Shown: in pieces, positions 8,840-18,566 of the stretch | Layout of the letters: the number at the start of each line of letters is the position of its first letter | How positions within the stretch are numbered: position 1 is the stretch's first letter | Origin: Candidatus Woesebacteria bacterium | GTDB lineage: Bacteria > Patescibacteriota > Saccharimonadia > Saccharimonadales > EFPC-124 | Length of the DNA: 64,000 bases | Direction of reading: 5' to 3' | Assembly (NCBI GenBank): GCA_050115675.1 | Contig: JASFQB010000001.1 | Location: 1,352-65,351 of the forward strand | Made by a program: the position numbers and the translations under genes | Notes under the pieces: model-generated | What the model saw: only the letters and a program-made list of their open reading frames with translations | What the model was told of the DNA's origin: nothing | The model's database searches: none

Positions 8840-10669
8840 ATGCCAGAACAACAAAAAACATCATACAATTTAAACAAAAAGTCAGATCAGCTAAAATCTT
8901 TTGATGACGATGTAGCTAAAATTGAGCAAGCTGAAAAAGCCAGCCAAGAAAAAACAGAGTTTTTTAAGCCATCGCCTAGCGGTCTTGCACAGTCAACAAG
9001 GCCAGATAGTTTTAAGGGTAAGCTTAAAAAACTGCTAAAAAGTCGCAAATTTTGGATTTTGACTGCACTGTCATTGACTGCTTGTTTGATTGCTGCTTGG
9101 TTTGTTCAGCCCAGCAGGCTATGGTTGGTAAATTTGCTTGGACAAAGAACTAGCTTAAATATTACAGTATCTATTCCTGCAGATGGCAAGCAAGAGGCTT
9201 CAAAGCTCCAAAATGCCATAGTTATGGTGAATGGCAAAGAATACAAAACCAACCAAGAAGGGGTCGTAAATATTACAGACCAGTCTTATGGCCAAGTTGA
9301 TATTGATGTGACAAAAAATGGCTACGAATCTGTAAATTTAAAACGCACACTAGATTTTGACCCATTCTTTTATGTATGTGGTGGGCGGCAGGCAGATGAA
9401 GACGTGCGCAATATAGAATTTAGCCTAACTTCTGTTGGAATTGCAACTGCTTTTAAGGCCGTAGATTGGCTAAGCGGCCAGCCAATTACTTCTGGCGAAT
9501 ACCAAGTCGGCGACTTAAAAGTCAAGCCGGATGATACGGGTTTGGTAGAGTTTAAGGCTCCCCCAAGCGACAACAGTAAAGTAAGCTTAACGAGCATTTT
9601 TGAGGGTGAGTACATAGACAAAACTTTTGAAGTTGATTCTGGCGCAGAAAAGGTTGCAGTAGTAGAATTTGTGCCCGCAGGCAGACAGTACTTTACCAGC
9701 AAAAAAGATGGCGCTCTTGGAATTTACAGCAGCAATATTGACGGAAGTGATCAAAAGCTTGTAATTTCGGGCACAGGTAAAGAAACTGATTATACTCCAT
9801 TTGTTGTTTCGCCTGACGGCAAATATGGCTTGCTGGCTAGTACCCGAGATGGTGCTAAAGACGACAAACATGCTTTATTGCAATATCTATACATTGTTGA
9901 CCTTGAAAAGCGTTTGCTGACAAAAATTGACGAAGCGCATTATTTTGCCTTTACTGATTGGTCTGATGACGTAATGGTTTACCAAAAACAGCAAACGGCG
10001 AATATTACAGACGAAAATTCAATCGCACAGCTACGAGCTGTAGATGTATCTACTGGTAATTTGCAAGATATTGCTACAGCTGCAAGCTTTGGTCGTAAGA
10101 TTGTTGGACTGCAGCAGGTTGCCTACGTGCAAAGAATAAGAGACAAAATTGGCGACACGTACACCACAAGCTTTAATCGTTATGACTTAAAAAACTCCTC
10201 CGCAAAAGAGCTTGCCACTGGAGTGGTAGACAATAATGTGGTTCAGGCAAGCTTTGACGTTGTAGGCTTTCAGACTCAATCAGACCAAAAATGGCACGAA
10301 TACAATTTAAATGCTAGCGCACTAAAAGATAGCGCTCAACCCACTGCCTCAACTTCAAAAGCATATATAAATGGTGCCAGTCCAAATAACAAAAATCGCC
10401 TAATCGTAGACAGAATCGACGGTAAATTTACAATAATCGCTAAAAGTATTGATGATGGTGCAGAAAAACAAATATTTGGAGATGGTGCTCTGACAGGACA
10501 GGTGAGATGGCTGCAAGACAATGTAATTACGTTTAGAATTGTTAGTGATCAACAGACGGCAGACTATGCGGTGTCAATAAAAGGCGGAGAGCCAAAAAAG
10601 ATTTCGGACGTCACTGCTATAGTGGATAGCCAAAATATCAGAGATATTAACACTTTTGAATTTTATTAA
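8840..10669 (+). CDS. Membrane-anchored extracytoplasmic protein with TolB-like (PD40/WD40-like) beta-propeller repeats
   Basis: 609 aa with one TM helix near residue 70 and repeats such as YFTSKKDGALGIYSSNIDGSDQK and VSPDGKYGLLAS. Confidence 0.6.
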   Translation: MPEQQKTSYNLNKKSDQLKSFDDDVAKIEQAEKASQEKTEFFKPSPSGLAQSTRPDSFKGKLKKLLKSRKFWILTALSLTACLIAAWFVQPSRLWLVNLLGQRTSLNITVSIPADGKQEASKLQNAIVMVNGKEYKTNQEGVVNITDQSYGQVDIDVTKNGYESVNLKRTLDFDPFFYVCGGRQADEDVRNIEFSLTSVGIATAFKAVDWLSGQPITSGEYQVGDLKVKPDDTGLVEFKAPPSDNSKVSLTSIFEGEYIDKTFEVDSGAEKVAVVEFVPAGRQYFTSKKDGALGIYSSNIDGSDQKLVISGTGKETDYTPFVVSPDGKYGLLASTRDGAKDDKHALLQYLYIVDLEKRLLTKIDEAHYFAFTDWSDDVMVYQKQQTANITDENSIAQLRAVDVSTGNLQDIATAASFGRKIVGLQQVAYVQRIRDKIGDTYTTSFNRYDLKNSSAKELATGVVDNNVVQASFDVVGFQTQSDQKWHEYNLNASALKDSAQPTASTSKAYINGASPNNKNRLIVDRIDGKFTIIAKSIDDGAEKQIFGDGALTGQVRWLQDNVITFRIVSDQQTADYAVSIKGGEPKKISDVTAIVDSQNIRDINTFEFY

Positions 10670-10680
10670 GAGGGAGATCT

Positions 10681-10962
10681 ATGTGCGTATTAACAGATGA
10701 ACAAATCAAACAGGCCTTAAAAGATTTAAACGTGGCATGGTCGGCAATTCCTGGGCAAGGCCTGGTTAGGGTTTACGAAACTACAAGTTTTTCAGAGGGT
10801 ATGCAGCTGGTTAAAAAAATTGCAGTAGTTTCTGACGAACATAATCATTTTCCTAGTATAAATCTGGCACCAAACGAGGTAGAAATAACCTTAAGTACCC
10901 CAAGTAAAAATGGCTTAACAGAGATAGACGTAAAACTTGCAAAGGCAATAGACGAAATTTAA
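10681..10962 (+). CDS. Pterin-4-alpha-carbinolamine dehydratase (PCD/DCoH family)
   Basis: 93 aa. The pattern W..........FSEGMQLVKKIAVVSDEHNHFPSI....NEVEITLST....GLTEIDVKLA matches the PCD fold signature. Confidence 0.75.
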   Translation: MCVLTDEQIKQALKDLNVAWSAIPGQGLVRVYETTSFSEGMQLVKKIAVVSDEHNHFPSINLAPNEVEITLSTPSKNGLTEIDVKLAKAIDEI

Positions 10963-11003
10963 AATTGACAGATCAACCTCAGCTGGCATAATTATTTACA
11001 GAT

Positions 11004-11546
11004 ATGATGATTAAAAAAAGTGTTCTTATAATCAGTTTGATGACTTGCTTTGTTAGTGCGCTTTTTGCGCCAATTGCAGCCTATGCTCAGGACGTAACTT
11101 GGCTTTCTGGCAATCAGCTTGAGGAAGTAAAAAGCAACTGTATTGCCACTCAAAATGTTTTAAGCAAGCTGCAAAAGCGCGATGCGGTATCTAGAATTAA
11201 CCGTGGTAGGGCTTATGACTTGTTGGCGCGACAAATTATTGCCTTTGATGACAGGCTTAGTTATAACAAAATAGATTTACCAAAAGTTCAGCAACTAGGT
11301 AGTGACTATCAAAAAGGCGTGGATAGCTTTAGAGAATTATATTACACTTATGACAACTTGCTTACAGATGCTATAAAAATGGATTGCAAGGCTACTCCGC
11401 AGGAGTTCTATAACATTATTCAATCCGCCAGAACGGCACGTAGCAGTATTGGTGTTCAGATTGCTAAGTTAGAAGATGTAACAACCGCCTACAGAGCCGA
11501 AATTGTGAAATACCAAAATACACTTCAAAATGGAGTTTCTCAATGA
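11004..11546 (+). CDS. Secreted hypothetical protein
   Basis: Signal peptide ending in AAYAQD; helical and Cys-poor. Confidence 0.55.
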   Translation: MMIKKSVLIISLMTCFVSALFAPIAAYAQDVTWLSGNQLEEVKSNCIATQNVLSKLQKRDAVSRINRGRAYDLLARQIIAFDDRLSYNKIDLPKVQQLGSDYQKGVDSFRELYYTYDNLLTDAIKMDCKATPQEFYNIIQSARTARSSIGVQIAKLEDVTTAYRAEIVKYQNTLQNGVSQ

Positions 11547-11917
11547 TACGTGCGCTAAAAAAAGTTTCTAACAAGGCATTTTTAAGTGTGTGCAACTTGT
11601 CTCGCAAGAGTAAATTGCCGGCGTTGCTCTGTATTGTAATTATATTCGCTACTGTTACAACTGTTGTTAGTGTTGCAATTTATTCTGCAGACGGAACCTA
11701 CAAGCTTGACCTAAGTCGGCCAGGTTTTGAGCACGAGCGCGAAGAAGTAAAAGCTTCTGAGTCCCAAAAAACATACGATACAACCGGCGCGGTTACCCCA
11801 ACCTCAATAACCGAGTTCTTGACAGAATATGATCAACGCACTAGCGATTTAACAGAGTACGGCAACTTTAACGATCAATCTTTAGACAATAGCGACATTC
11901 AGTTGTTCGCAAACTAG
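11543..11917 (+). CDS. Membrane-anchored hypothetical protein
   Basis: ATGA overlap with the upstream ORF; one TM helix (LPALLCIVIIFATVTTVVSVAIY). Confidence 0.55.
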   Translation: MIRALKKVSNKAFLSVCNLSRKSKLPALLCIVIIFATVTTVVSVAIYSADGTYKLDLSRPGFEHEREEVKASESQKTYDTTGAVTPTSITEFLTEYDQRTSDLTEYGNFNDQSLDNSDIQLFAN

Positions 11918-11962
11918 CCGTAGTTGTGGGCTTGCATGTTAATGTGCTAATATTTTTATATA

Positions 11963-12553
11963 ATGAAAGTTTTTAGCAGTTTGCGCAACCCAGAAGTTGC
12001 AGATCTTATAAAAAATGGTGCTGTTGGCGTTATTCCTACGGATACGCTTTATGGCATTGTTGCTAGCGTGCATTGCAAGACGGCTATCGAGCGTCTGTAT
12101 AAAATTCGCAAGCGCGACAATAACAAGGCGTGTATTGTTATCGTGTCTGACAGTTCGCAGATAACAGACACCGATGCGTGGCAGACGTCTCATTGGCAAG
12201 CTGTACATCAATATTGGCCGGGATCGGTAAGTATAATTTTGCCGACAACCGACAAAACGCCAAAATATTTACAACATGGCGATCAGGCGCCACCATATCG
12301 AGTACCAGATTACCAGGACTTGCGCAAACTCATAAAGGATTCGGGTCCAGTTATAGCACCAAGCGCCAATCCTCAGTCACTTCCGCCTGCAACAAGCCTG
12401 CAGCAAGCCCAGGACTATTTTGGGGATACGGTAGATTTTTATGTAGACGGCGACGTGCTAGACGGCAGTCCTTCTACCTTGATTTGCATAGAAGACGATA
12501 GAGCAAAAGTCTTAAGACAAGGCTGTGCAAAAATTGACGATCTAACTATTTAG
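11963..12553 (+). CDS. tsaC: L-threonylcarbamoyladenylate synthase (YrdC/TsaC type)
   Basis: GAVGVIPTDTLYGIVA and SANPQS motifs, with YrdC-domain length. Confidence 0.8.
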   Translation: MKVFSSLRNPEVADLIKNGAVGVIPTDTLYGIVASVHCKTAIERLYKIRKRDNNKACIVIVSDSSQITDTDAWQTSHWQAVHQYWPGSVSIILPTTDKTPKYLQHGDQAPPYRVPDYQDLRKLIKDSGPVIAPSANPQSLPPATSLQQAQDYFGDTVDFYVDGDVLDGSPSTLICIEDDRAKVLRQGCAKIDDLTI

Positions 12554-13817
12554 AAGTCTGCTGTTGCGTCCAGCGCCTCGCCCAGTCGTCAATATCTCCT
12601 GCGCCCAAAAACACAATTAGATCACCTTCTGACAGGTGTTTGCTAAGTTTATTGCTAAGTAAGTCGTCTAACTCTGCTGGCTGAGCGTTTGTGCTTTTTA
12701 GGGTGGCAATAAGCTGCTTAGGTGTAAGTGTATTAAGTTGCGGGTTTTCTCGTGTAAGGTAAGTTGGCAACCAATAAACTTGCTTGGCCCTAGATAGGCA
12801 GTCTTGATATTCATCTTTTATCTCGTGCTGGCGAACGTTTTGATGCGGCTGATAAACAGCGACCACGTTATTGCTTAGCTCGCGGGCAAGTTGTATTGAT
12901 GCTTTAATTTCTGCTGGATGATGCGCGTAATCCGTGTAGATGTTTTGCGCCAAGCGCTCAAAACGTCTGTCCGTCCCAGGGAATAGATCCATTTTGTGCA
13001 TAATTTCATCAAACGACTTGTCGGCAAAGATTTGTTTAAAGGTTACAGCGGCCTGCCAAGCGTTTTGGCGGTTGTGTAATCCTGCTAGTTCGCAGTTATT
13101 GATGTAGCCGTTGTTAGGGTCAATTAAAGTATCGCAGATGTCTTTTAGGTTTAGTCTAAGGGCGTCCTCGCGGCGCATAATTACATGTTGGCTTTGATGG
13201 GCAAAGTCTATAAAAGCTTGGTCGTAATTTTGTTTTGTAGGGTAGATGTCTGGGTGATCGTAGTCAACCGTGGTAATTAGACTCAAAAAAGGTTTAAAAT
13301 TTAGCATGTTGCGGTCGTACTCGTCGCATTCGTACACAAAATATTCACTGCCAGGCTCGTAGGAGCCGCTGTTGCCAAAACTAAAGCTTGTGCCCACCGA
13401 ATAGCTAACCGGCATGTTAAACTGCTTAAATAGCCATACTAGCATGGCGCTGATGGTAGTTTTGCCGTGCGTGCCTGCAACAGCAACCACTTTTAGGTTT
13501 TTTTGTTGCAGTACGAGATTTATCATATCTGCGCGTTTGGATATTTTTATTCCATTTTTTTTGGCAAATGCTATTTCTGGATGGTCGGCAGGCAGGGCAG
13601 AAGATATGACTAGCCAGTCTATGGGATTTTTTTTATGAACCTTGGCTATGTGTGAACCGTCTTGGCCAATAGCAAAATCTATTTTTAAATCTTGCATTAA
13701 TTTTGCAAAGCGACCCTCGGCCATATCTGAGCCAGAAATATCATAGCCTGCATCACGACAAATGAGCGCCAAAGGACCAAGCCCAACTCCACCTATTCCA
13801 GAGAAGTAAATATGCAT
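12546..13817 (-). CDS. murC: Mur-ligase family enzyme, UDP-N-acetylmuramate--L-alanine ligase-like
   Basis: N-terminal HIYFSGIGGVGLGPLA...GYDISGSD and P-loop VAGTHGKTT. It is short for MurC, so Mpl-type is not excluded. Confidence 0.7.
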   Translation of the reverse strand: MHIYFSGIGGVGLGPLALICRDAGYDISGSDMAEGRFAKLMQDLKIDFAIGQDGSHIAKVHKKNPIDWLVISSALPADHPEIAFAKKNGIKISKRADMINLVLQQKNLKVVAVAGTHGKTTISAMLVWLFKQFNMPVSYSVGTSFSFGNSGSYEPGSEYFVYECDEYDRNMLNFKPFLSLITTVDYDHPDIYPTKQNYDQAFIDFAHQSQHVIMRREDALRLNLKDICDTLIDPNNGYINNCELAGLHNRQNAWQAAVTFKQIFADKSFDEIMHKMDLFPGTDRRFERLAQNIYTDYAHHPAEIKASIQLARELSNNVVAVYQPHQNVRQHEIKDEYQDCLSRAKQVYWLPTYLTRENPQLNTLTPKQLIATLKSTNAQPAELDDLLSNKLSKHLSEGDLIVFLGAGDIDDWARRWTQQQTSK

Positions 13818-13912
13818 ACCTAGAGCATACCTTAATTTGAAGATAAATTAAAATGATTATGTTATTTTGGTAGTTATTTGTGATGTTATACTAAAGACAA
13901 AGAAAGGGTGGA

Positions 13913-14545
13913 ATGTCTAACCGGCGACAAGTTCATTACTGGTGGCGCATGCTACGACGCATAAAAGTATGGCAGCTAATGATTTTGCTGGCAATTTTTA
14001 GTGTTGCGAGCGTTGAACTGCTTAGGCAGAATAATCTGGGTATGATTGAGCTGCGTAATATGGTAAAAATGGCCGACGAACAGGGAAATGACGCGCAAAC
14101 TAAGCAATCATTGGCCGATTTGCAAAGCTACATCTATTCGCACATGAACACAAGCATGGGCGAGCGTGGTATTTATCTAGAGCATACTTATCAACGTGCG
14201 TACGAAAGAACTATCCAGGAGGGAATGAAGGACGATTCAGAAAGTCGTAATTTATACAACAGTGCTGACGAAGCCTGTCAGTCTGTTTTTAACAAGACAT
14301 ATTCTTTTCCTGCATATACGCAGTGTGTTGCAGAGCGGCTGGCTAATCAAGATTCTAGTGATCCATTGGCAAGCATTAAAACTCCCTCTGTTGATCTGTA
14401 TAGGTACAACTTTACATCACCATTGTGGACGCCAGATAATGCTGGGTTTGTTGTGTTAATTACGTTTTTAATTTTGATTTTTTTGCTTGTCAGAATTTTG
14501 TTAACCTCAATTTTATTTTTGTTTTTACATGACCGTCATCAGTAG
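13913..14545 (+). CDS. Membrane protein, function unknown (N- and C-terminal TM helices)
   Basis: ORF with two hydrophobic helices. Confidence 0.5.
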   Translation: MSNRRQVHYWWRMLRRIKVWQLMILLAIFSVASVELLRQNNLGMIELRNMVKMADEQGNDAQTKQSLADLQSYIYSHMNTSMGERGIYLEHTYQRAYERTIQEGMKDDSESRNLYNSADEACQSVFNKTYSFPAYTQCVAERLANQDSSDPLASIKTPSVDLYRYNFTSPLWTPDNAGFVVLITFLILIFLLVRILLTSILFLFLHDRHQ

Positions 14546-14647
14546 TAGGAGCTGTGTACAATCTTGACTTGGCTGTTGACAAACTGCAAGCGCTCAGCGT
14601 ATGTTAAAGTCACGTAAGCCAACTAAAAGGAGGAGATAAAATCTAGT

Positions 14648-14860
14648 ATGGCAGCTTACACTCACACGAACTCAAAAGGGGTAACATATTACCTTCACTC
14701 AAAGGCAGTAACTTTGCGTGGTGGAAAACAACAGACGATTTACTTTTTCGCCAAAGATGAGCGACCAGCAGACGCGGTTGCTGAGCTTCCAGAAGGCTAC
14801 GGCGTACAAGAAAACCCACGAAACGGTTTCTTGACTCTTAAAAAGATCAATAAACAGTAG
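14648..14860 (+). CDS. Small conserved-looking hypothetical protein (70 aa)
   Basis: Strong SD AAAGGAGGAG upstream, a TTGACA-18-TATGTT promoter at ~14575, and a terminator downstream. Confidence 0.6.
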   Translation: MAAYTHTNSKGVTYYLHSKAVTLRGGKQQTIYFFAKDERPADAVAELPEGYGVQENPRNGFLTLKKINKQ

Positions 14861-14924
14861 AAACAATTCATCACGTTTGCAGGTATAGCTTGCGGGCAAA
14901 GTGGACGAAGCGGTCCGACGTCTC

Positions 14925-14947
14925 AGATCCGAGAGTCGGATCTTTTC
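14925..14947 (+). terminator. Intrinsic terminator (agatccga-gag-tcggatct + TTT)
   Basis: Perfect 8-bp hairpin followed by a T-run. Confidence 0.7.
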
Positions 14948-14986
14948 GTTGCTCTTTAGCTACTCTCTTGGTAAAGTATTAGCAGA

Positions 14987-15748
14987 ATGCAAAAAGAAAT
15001 TATTGTTACGGTAAGTAATTTACAAAAAAGATACGGCAGAAAATGTGCTGTAAACGGCGTATCTTTTGAGGTAAAAAAGGGTGAAATCTTTGGAATATTG
15101 GGTCCAAATGGCGCTGGCAAAACAACCACGCTAGAGATGATGGAAGCTTTGCGCACAATAGATGGCGGAAATGTGGTAATTGATGGCGTAAACGTAGCTA
15201 GGGATCCATACAAGATTCGCCAGGTTATTGGCGTGCAGCCACAAACTCCTGCGTTCCAAGATAAAACAAAGCTATCAGAACTTATTCAGCTTTTTGGCGC
15301 GGCTTACGGTATAAAAGTTAATGCTAGAAAATTTTTAGATGACGTAAATCTTACCGAAAAAGCCAACAGCTATGCAGAGCAGCTTTCTGGTGGTCAAAAA
15401 CAGCGTTTTAGTATTGCAGCAGCCCTTGTGCATAAACCAAAGGTGCTTTTTATGGACGAGCCAACAACCGGCCTTGACCCTCAGGCTAGGCGACATTTGT
15501 GGGATCTTGTCGAAGAAATTCGCGACAAAGGCGTAAGCGTAATTATTACCACGCACTACATGGATGAGGCCGAAATTTTGTGCGATAGAGTGGCAATCAT
15601 GGACGATGGTAAAATTATTGCACTGGATACGCCAAAAAATTTGATAAAAGGACTATTAGCCAAAGGGTTTAAAAAAGCTCAACATGTCGAGCAGGCCAAT
15701 CTTGAGGATGTGTTTATTGACCTAACAGGCAAGGAGCTAAGAGGATGA
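14987..15748 (+). CDS. ABC transporter ATP-binding protein (ABC-2/DrrA-like exporter subfamily)
   Basis: Walker A GPNGAGKTT, signature LSGGQKQR and Walker B LFMDEPTTGLD. Confidence 0.9.
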   Translation: MQKEIIVTVSNLQKRYGRKCAVNGVSFEVKKGEIFGILGPNGAGKTTTLEMMEALRTIDGGNVVIDGVNVARDPYKIRQVIGVQPQTPAFQDKTKLSELIQLFGAAYGIKVNARKFLDDVNLTEKANSYAEQLSGGQKQRFSIAAALVHKPKVLFMDEPTTGLDPQARRHLWDLVEEIRDKGVSVIITTHYMDEAEILCDRVAIMDDGKIIALDTPKNLIKGLLAKGFKKAQHVEQANLEDVFIDLTGKELRG

Positions 15749-16863
15749 ACGACATAAGGCGCAAGATTTTTACAGTTTACACATTCGCTAAAATAGACAG
15801 CAAAAGGTATTTTAGAGACAAAACGGCAATATTTTTTACAATTGCGTTTCCGCTAATATTTTTGTTTGTGTTTGGCGGTATTTTTGGCGGTAGTGGTACT
15901 TTGTCTTTTAAGGTTGCGATGATTAATCAGTCACAAAGCGAGTATTCGCAACAATTTATCGAAGAAGCTAAAAAAAGTGATGTTCTAAAAATAGAAGAAG
16001 GCATTACAGCAATTGAGCAGGTGCAAGACAAAATGAACCACGGCGAGCTAGATGCGGCAATAATTTTGCCTAGCGATTTTGGTGTGGTGCAACAAGGGGC
16101 AAATTATCCTTCCGGACAAGCTACCGTTTACTATACTCAAAATAATCAGCAGGCCGCAGATACTTTGACATCTGTGTTAAACTCGCAGTTTCAGCAAATA
16201 AACAATCAATTTGTACAAAACGAGGTTCCATTTAGCGTAGTAGCCGAGCAAACTGGTGAGGTGGGTCTAACGCAGTTTGATTATACTTTTGCGGGACTGC
16301 TTGGTTATTCGCTTATGAGCTTGGGTATATTTGGTCCGGTCAATTTGTTTCCTGAACTAAAAAAGCAGGGGGTTTTGCGTCGTTTCCATACCACACCGTT
16401 GCGAGTTTGGCAGTATTTTTTGTCTACAATGATATCGCAGGTCATAATTGGGTTTTTTGCGTTTGTAGCGATGTTTGCTGTTGCCATAGGAGTATTTAAC
16501 TTAAGGGTTGTAGGCAATCCGCTAGAGTTGACAGGATTTTTAATACTCAGTACTGTAACTATTCTGGGTATTGGCTTAGCTCTTGGTGGCTGGGGCAAGA
16601 ACGAGCGCCAAGTCGCGCCACTGGCCAATATTGTGGTGTTCCCTATGATGTTTTTGTCTGGTACGTTCTTTCCACGATTTTTAATGCCCGAGTGGCTGCA
16701 AGGGGTTTCGTCTTTTTTGCCGCTTACGCCAATTATTGATGGTGTAAGACTAATCGTAACTGAAGGCAAGGGTGTTATAGATATTATGCCTCAAGTTGGC
16801 CTGATAAGCGCTTGGTGTTTAATCATATACATTGTTGCTTTTAGGGTTTTTAGATGGGAATAA
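15745..16863 (+). CDS. ABC-2 type transporter permease
   Basis: ATGA overlap with the ATPase gene; N-terminal TM, large loop and a 5-TM C-terminal domain. Confidence 0.8.
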   Translation: MNDIRRKIFTVYTFAKIDSKRYFRDKTAIFFTIAFPLIFLFVFGGIFGGSGTLSFKVAMINQSQSEYSQQFIEEAKKSDVLKIEEGITAIEQVQDKMNHGELDAAIILPSDFGVVQQGANYPSGQATVYYTQNNQQAADTLTSVLNSQFQQINNQFVQNEVPFSVVAEQTGEVGLTQFDYTFAGLLGYSLMSLGIFGPVNLFPELKKQGVLRRFHTTPLRVWQYFLSTMISQVIIGFFAFVAMFAVAIGVFNLRVVGNPLELTGFLILSTVTILGIGLALGGWGKNERQVAPLANIVVFPMMFLSGTFFPRFLMPEWLQGVSSFLPLTPIIDGVRLIVTEGKGVIDIMPQVGLISAWCLIIYIVAFRVFRWE

Positions 16864-16904
16864 AAACGTAGAAAGTTTTTGCGCAAGTTGCTACAATATA
16901 GCAG

Positions 16905-17432
16905 ATGGATTTAACGTATATTCGTGCTCTTGCAGAAGAGTATGCTGTCAAATACAACCCTGAAAACGTTGCGCCTTTTCCGTATGCAAATGTACTAGAA
17001 GACCGCAGCGATTTAGAGATTTACTTTGTTGATCTTGAAGACAAGGCTGTTTCAGGGGTGACCCTGTTTAAGGACGGCAAGTTTAATATTCTTATTAATA
17101 ATAATAAGCCAGAGACGCGACATAACTTTACCTTAGCGCACGAGCTGGGGCATTATTTTTTGCATCAAGACGTTTTAAAGCAACAGCACGGAATTATCGA
17201 TGGTGACGACACGCTGGATAATCCACGTGTTTTATATCGCACAGCTGGCGATTCTGGCAAAAAAATCGAGGTAGAGACCAATAATTTTGCTGCAAGCTTA
17301 ATTATGCCTGCAGATTTAGTTAGGCGTGCCTGGGAGGCTACTCGTAGCATAGAAGATTGTGCCCGAATTTTTAAAGTTTCGGCAGTTGCTATGAGCGTAA
17401 GGCTGACTCGATTAGGGCTGGTGTGTGACTAA
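16905..17432 (+). CDS. ImmA/IrrE-family (DUF955) zinc metallopeptidase
   Basis: HEXXH motif in FTLAHELGHYFLH, with family-typical length. Confidence 0.75.
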   Translation: MDLTYIRALAEEYAVKYNPENVAPFPYANVLEDRSDLEIYFVDLEDKAVSGVTLFKDGKFNILINNNKPETRHNFTLAHELGHYFLHQDVLKQQHGIIDGDDTLDNPRVLYRTAGDSGKKIEVETNNFAASLIMPADLVRRAWEATRSIEDCARIFKVSAVAMSVRLTRLGLVCD

Positions 17433-17851
17433 TGGCCGACAAGCCCAAAAAAGTATTGCCAAATAATAACGCAGAACTGTTTGAGCCATACTTTACGGTA
17501 CTACAAAGGGCGCAAACCTCAGACCTGCCGCTTTTAAGCGCTGGCGTACAAGACGCAACTGCAAAAGTTGACATTGAAGATGAGATCGCCAGAGAGAAAA
17601 AAATAAAAAACGACGACGCCGAGCAAGACATTCGCTTAAAAAGAAAAACCTTGGGACGTTTGTTTGGCTTTTTGTCGTGCGAAACATTTGCTATATTTAT
17701 TTTTGCTTACATGCAGGCAACGAAATTGTTTGGCTTTGCACTCGAAGAATGGAGCTTTAAGCTTTTAACGGTTGTAACTATAACTCAAATTACAGTAATG
17801 TTGCGGATAGCTGTTAAATATCTTTTTCCTCAGCGGTCAGATAATGGTTAA
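17432..17851 (+). CDS. Hypothetical protein with two C-terminal TM helices, translationally coupled to the ImmA/IrrE gene
   Basis: TAATG 1-nt overlap with the upstream stop; acidic/basic soluble N-domain followed by 2 TM helices. Confidence 0.55.
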   Translation: MADKPKKVLPNNNAELFEPYFTVLQRAQTSDLPLLSAGVQDATAKVDIEDEIAREKKIKNDDAEQDIRLKRKTLGRLFGFLSCETFAIFIFAYMQATKLFGFALEEWSFKLLTVVTITQITVMLRIAVKYLFPQRSDNG

Positions 17852-17863
17852 AAAATTACAAAA

Positions 17864-17887
17864 GGGGCGAGAGTTATCTCTCGCCCC
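17864..17887. terminator. Terminator hairpin ggggcgagag-ttat-ctctcgcccc
   Basis: Perfect 10-bp stem with an A-run upstream, which is a T-run for the minus-strand gene. Confidence 0.7.
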
Positions 17888-17892
17888 GCGTT

Positions 17893-18213
17893 CTACCAGC
17901 CATCACCGCGTCTGATTCGATTTTGAATTACCAAGTATGCTACGTAAAATGCAATAACAAGGGGAATAACAAGCCACCAGGGAGCAGAAAAAAGTCCAAG
18001 GATAGCTCCGACTACAGCACCAAATGACCCCATAATTACGCAGCCCTTGATCCAACTTTTAAAAACGCCCTCTCCATACCAACCATGGAAAAAGAGTGCA
18101 ATGGGGTTTAGCAAAATCAAATCCATTACTAAAGAGACAAGGACAGCTCCGGTTAGAGCTCCAATTAGAGCTCCCTTAATGAGGCCATCGCTGATGGTGA
18201 CCGTAAAACTCAC
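17893..18213 (-). CDS. Small Gly-rich integral membrane protein (about 106 aa)
   Basis: GGAGG SD and GTG at 18213. The longer tracked ORF (to 18357) runs into the tRNA gene and is rejected. Confidence 0.6.
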   Translation of the reverse strand: MSFTVTISDGLIKGALIGALTGAVLVSLVMDLILLNPIALFFHGWYGEGVFKSWIKGCVIMGSFGAVVGAILGLFSAPWWLVIPLVIAFYVAYLVIQNRIRRGDGW

Positions 18214-18287
18214 AATACACCTCCATGAAAGGCTGAGAACTTGCTTATTATATTGCGATAAAGTGTTTCTGTCAAAGGTAAATGTGC

Positions 18288-18323
18288 AAGAAAGAAGTTC
18301 ACATATATGTGAACTTCTTTCTT
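18288..18323 (-). terminator. 36-nt perfect palindrome / terminator directly 3' of the tRNA
   Basis: The sequence aagaaagaagttcacatat|atgtgaacttctttctt. Confidence 0.7.
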
Positions 18324-18399
18324 TGGTGGGGCCAGCTGGATTTGAACCAGCGACCAATCGGTTATGAGCCGACTGCTCTAACCACTGAGCTATGGCCCC
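18324..18399 (-). tRNA. tRNA with anticodon CAT (elongator Met or lysidine-dependent Ile2), CCA encoded
   Basis: Cloverleaf by hand: acceptor GGGGCCA/TGGCCCC, D arm, anticodon stem GTCGG/CCGAT with loop CTCATAA, and T arm GCTGG-TTCAAAT-CCAGC. There is no initiator hallmark. Confidence 0.9.
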
Positions 18400-18566
18400 A
18401 TTTTTACTGTTTGGCGTATGCCATCAGAGTAAGTATATCAAAAACATGCCTTGACATGCTATGACTTTTTTGCAAAAATTACCGATTGTGCACAAAAAGT
18501 TATTTTTGATGGTTCTCAGTTAGCCATAACGCGCTTATAATAAAGAAAAGGCTCAGCATTCCACGG

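Noticed and set aside
12178-12501. 107-aa plus-strand alternative-frame ORF inside tsaC
   Set aside because: It overlaps the YrdC-domain frame, which carries the family motifs. The alternative frame is Arg/Ser-rich with no start signals.
16305-16769. 154-aa minus-strand ORF inside the ABC-2 permease gene
   Set aside because: It lies antisense to a coherent polytopic permease that is translationally coupled to its ATPase, and it has no independent signals.
17893-18357. The long version of the minus-strand ORF, and ORFs 18047-18367, 18282-18464, 22262-22462, 54600-54866, 54877-55065, 54892-55107 and 54911-55153
   Set aside because: They read through tRNA genes or the tRNA-derived repeats. At the first locus, the real small membrane protein starts at GTG 18213, which has its own GGAGG.
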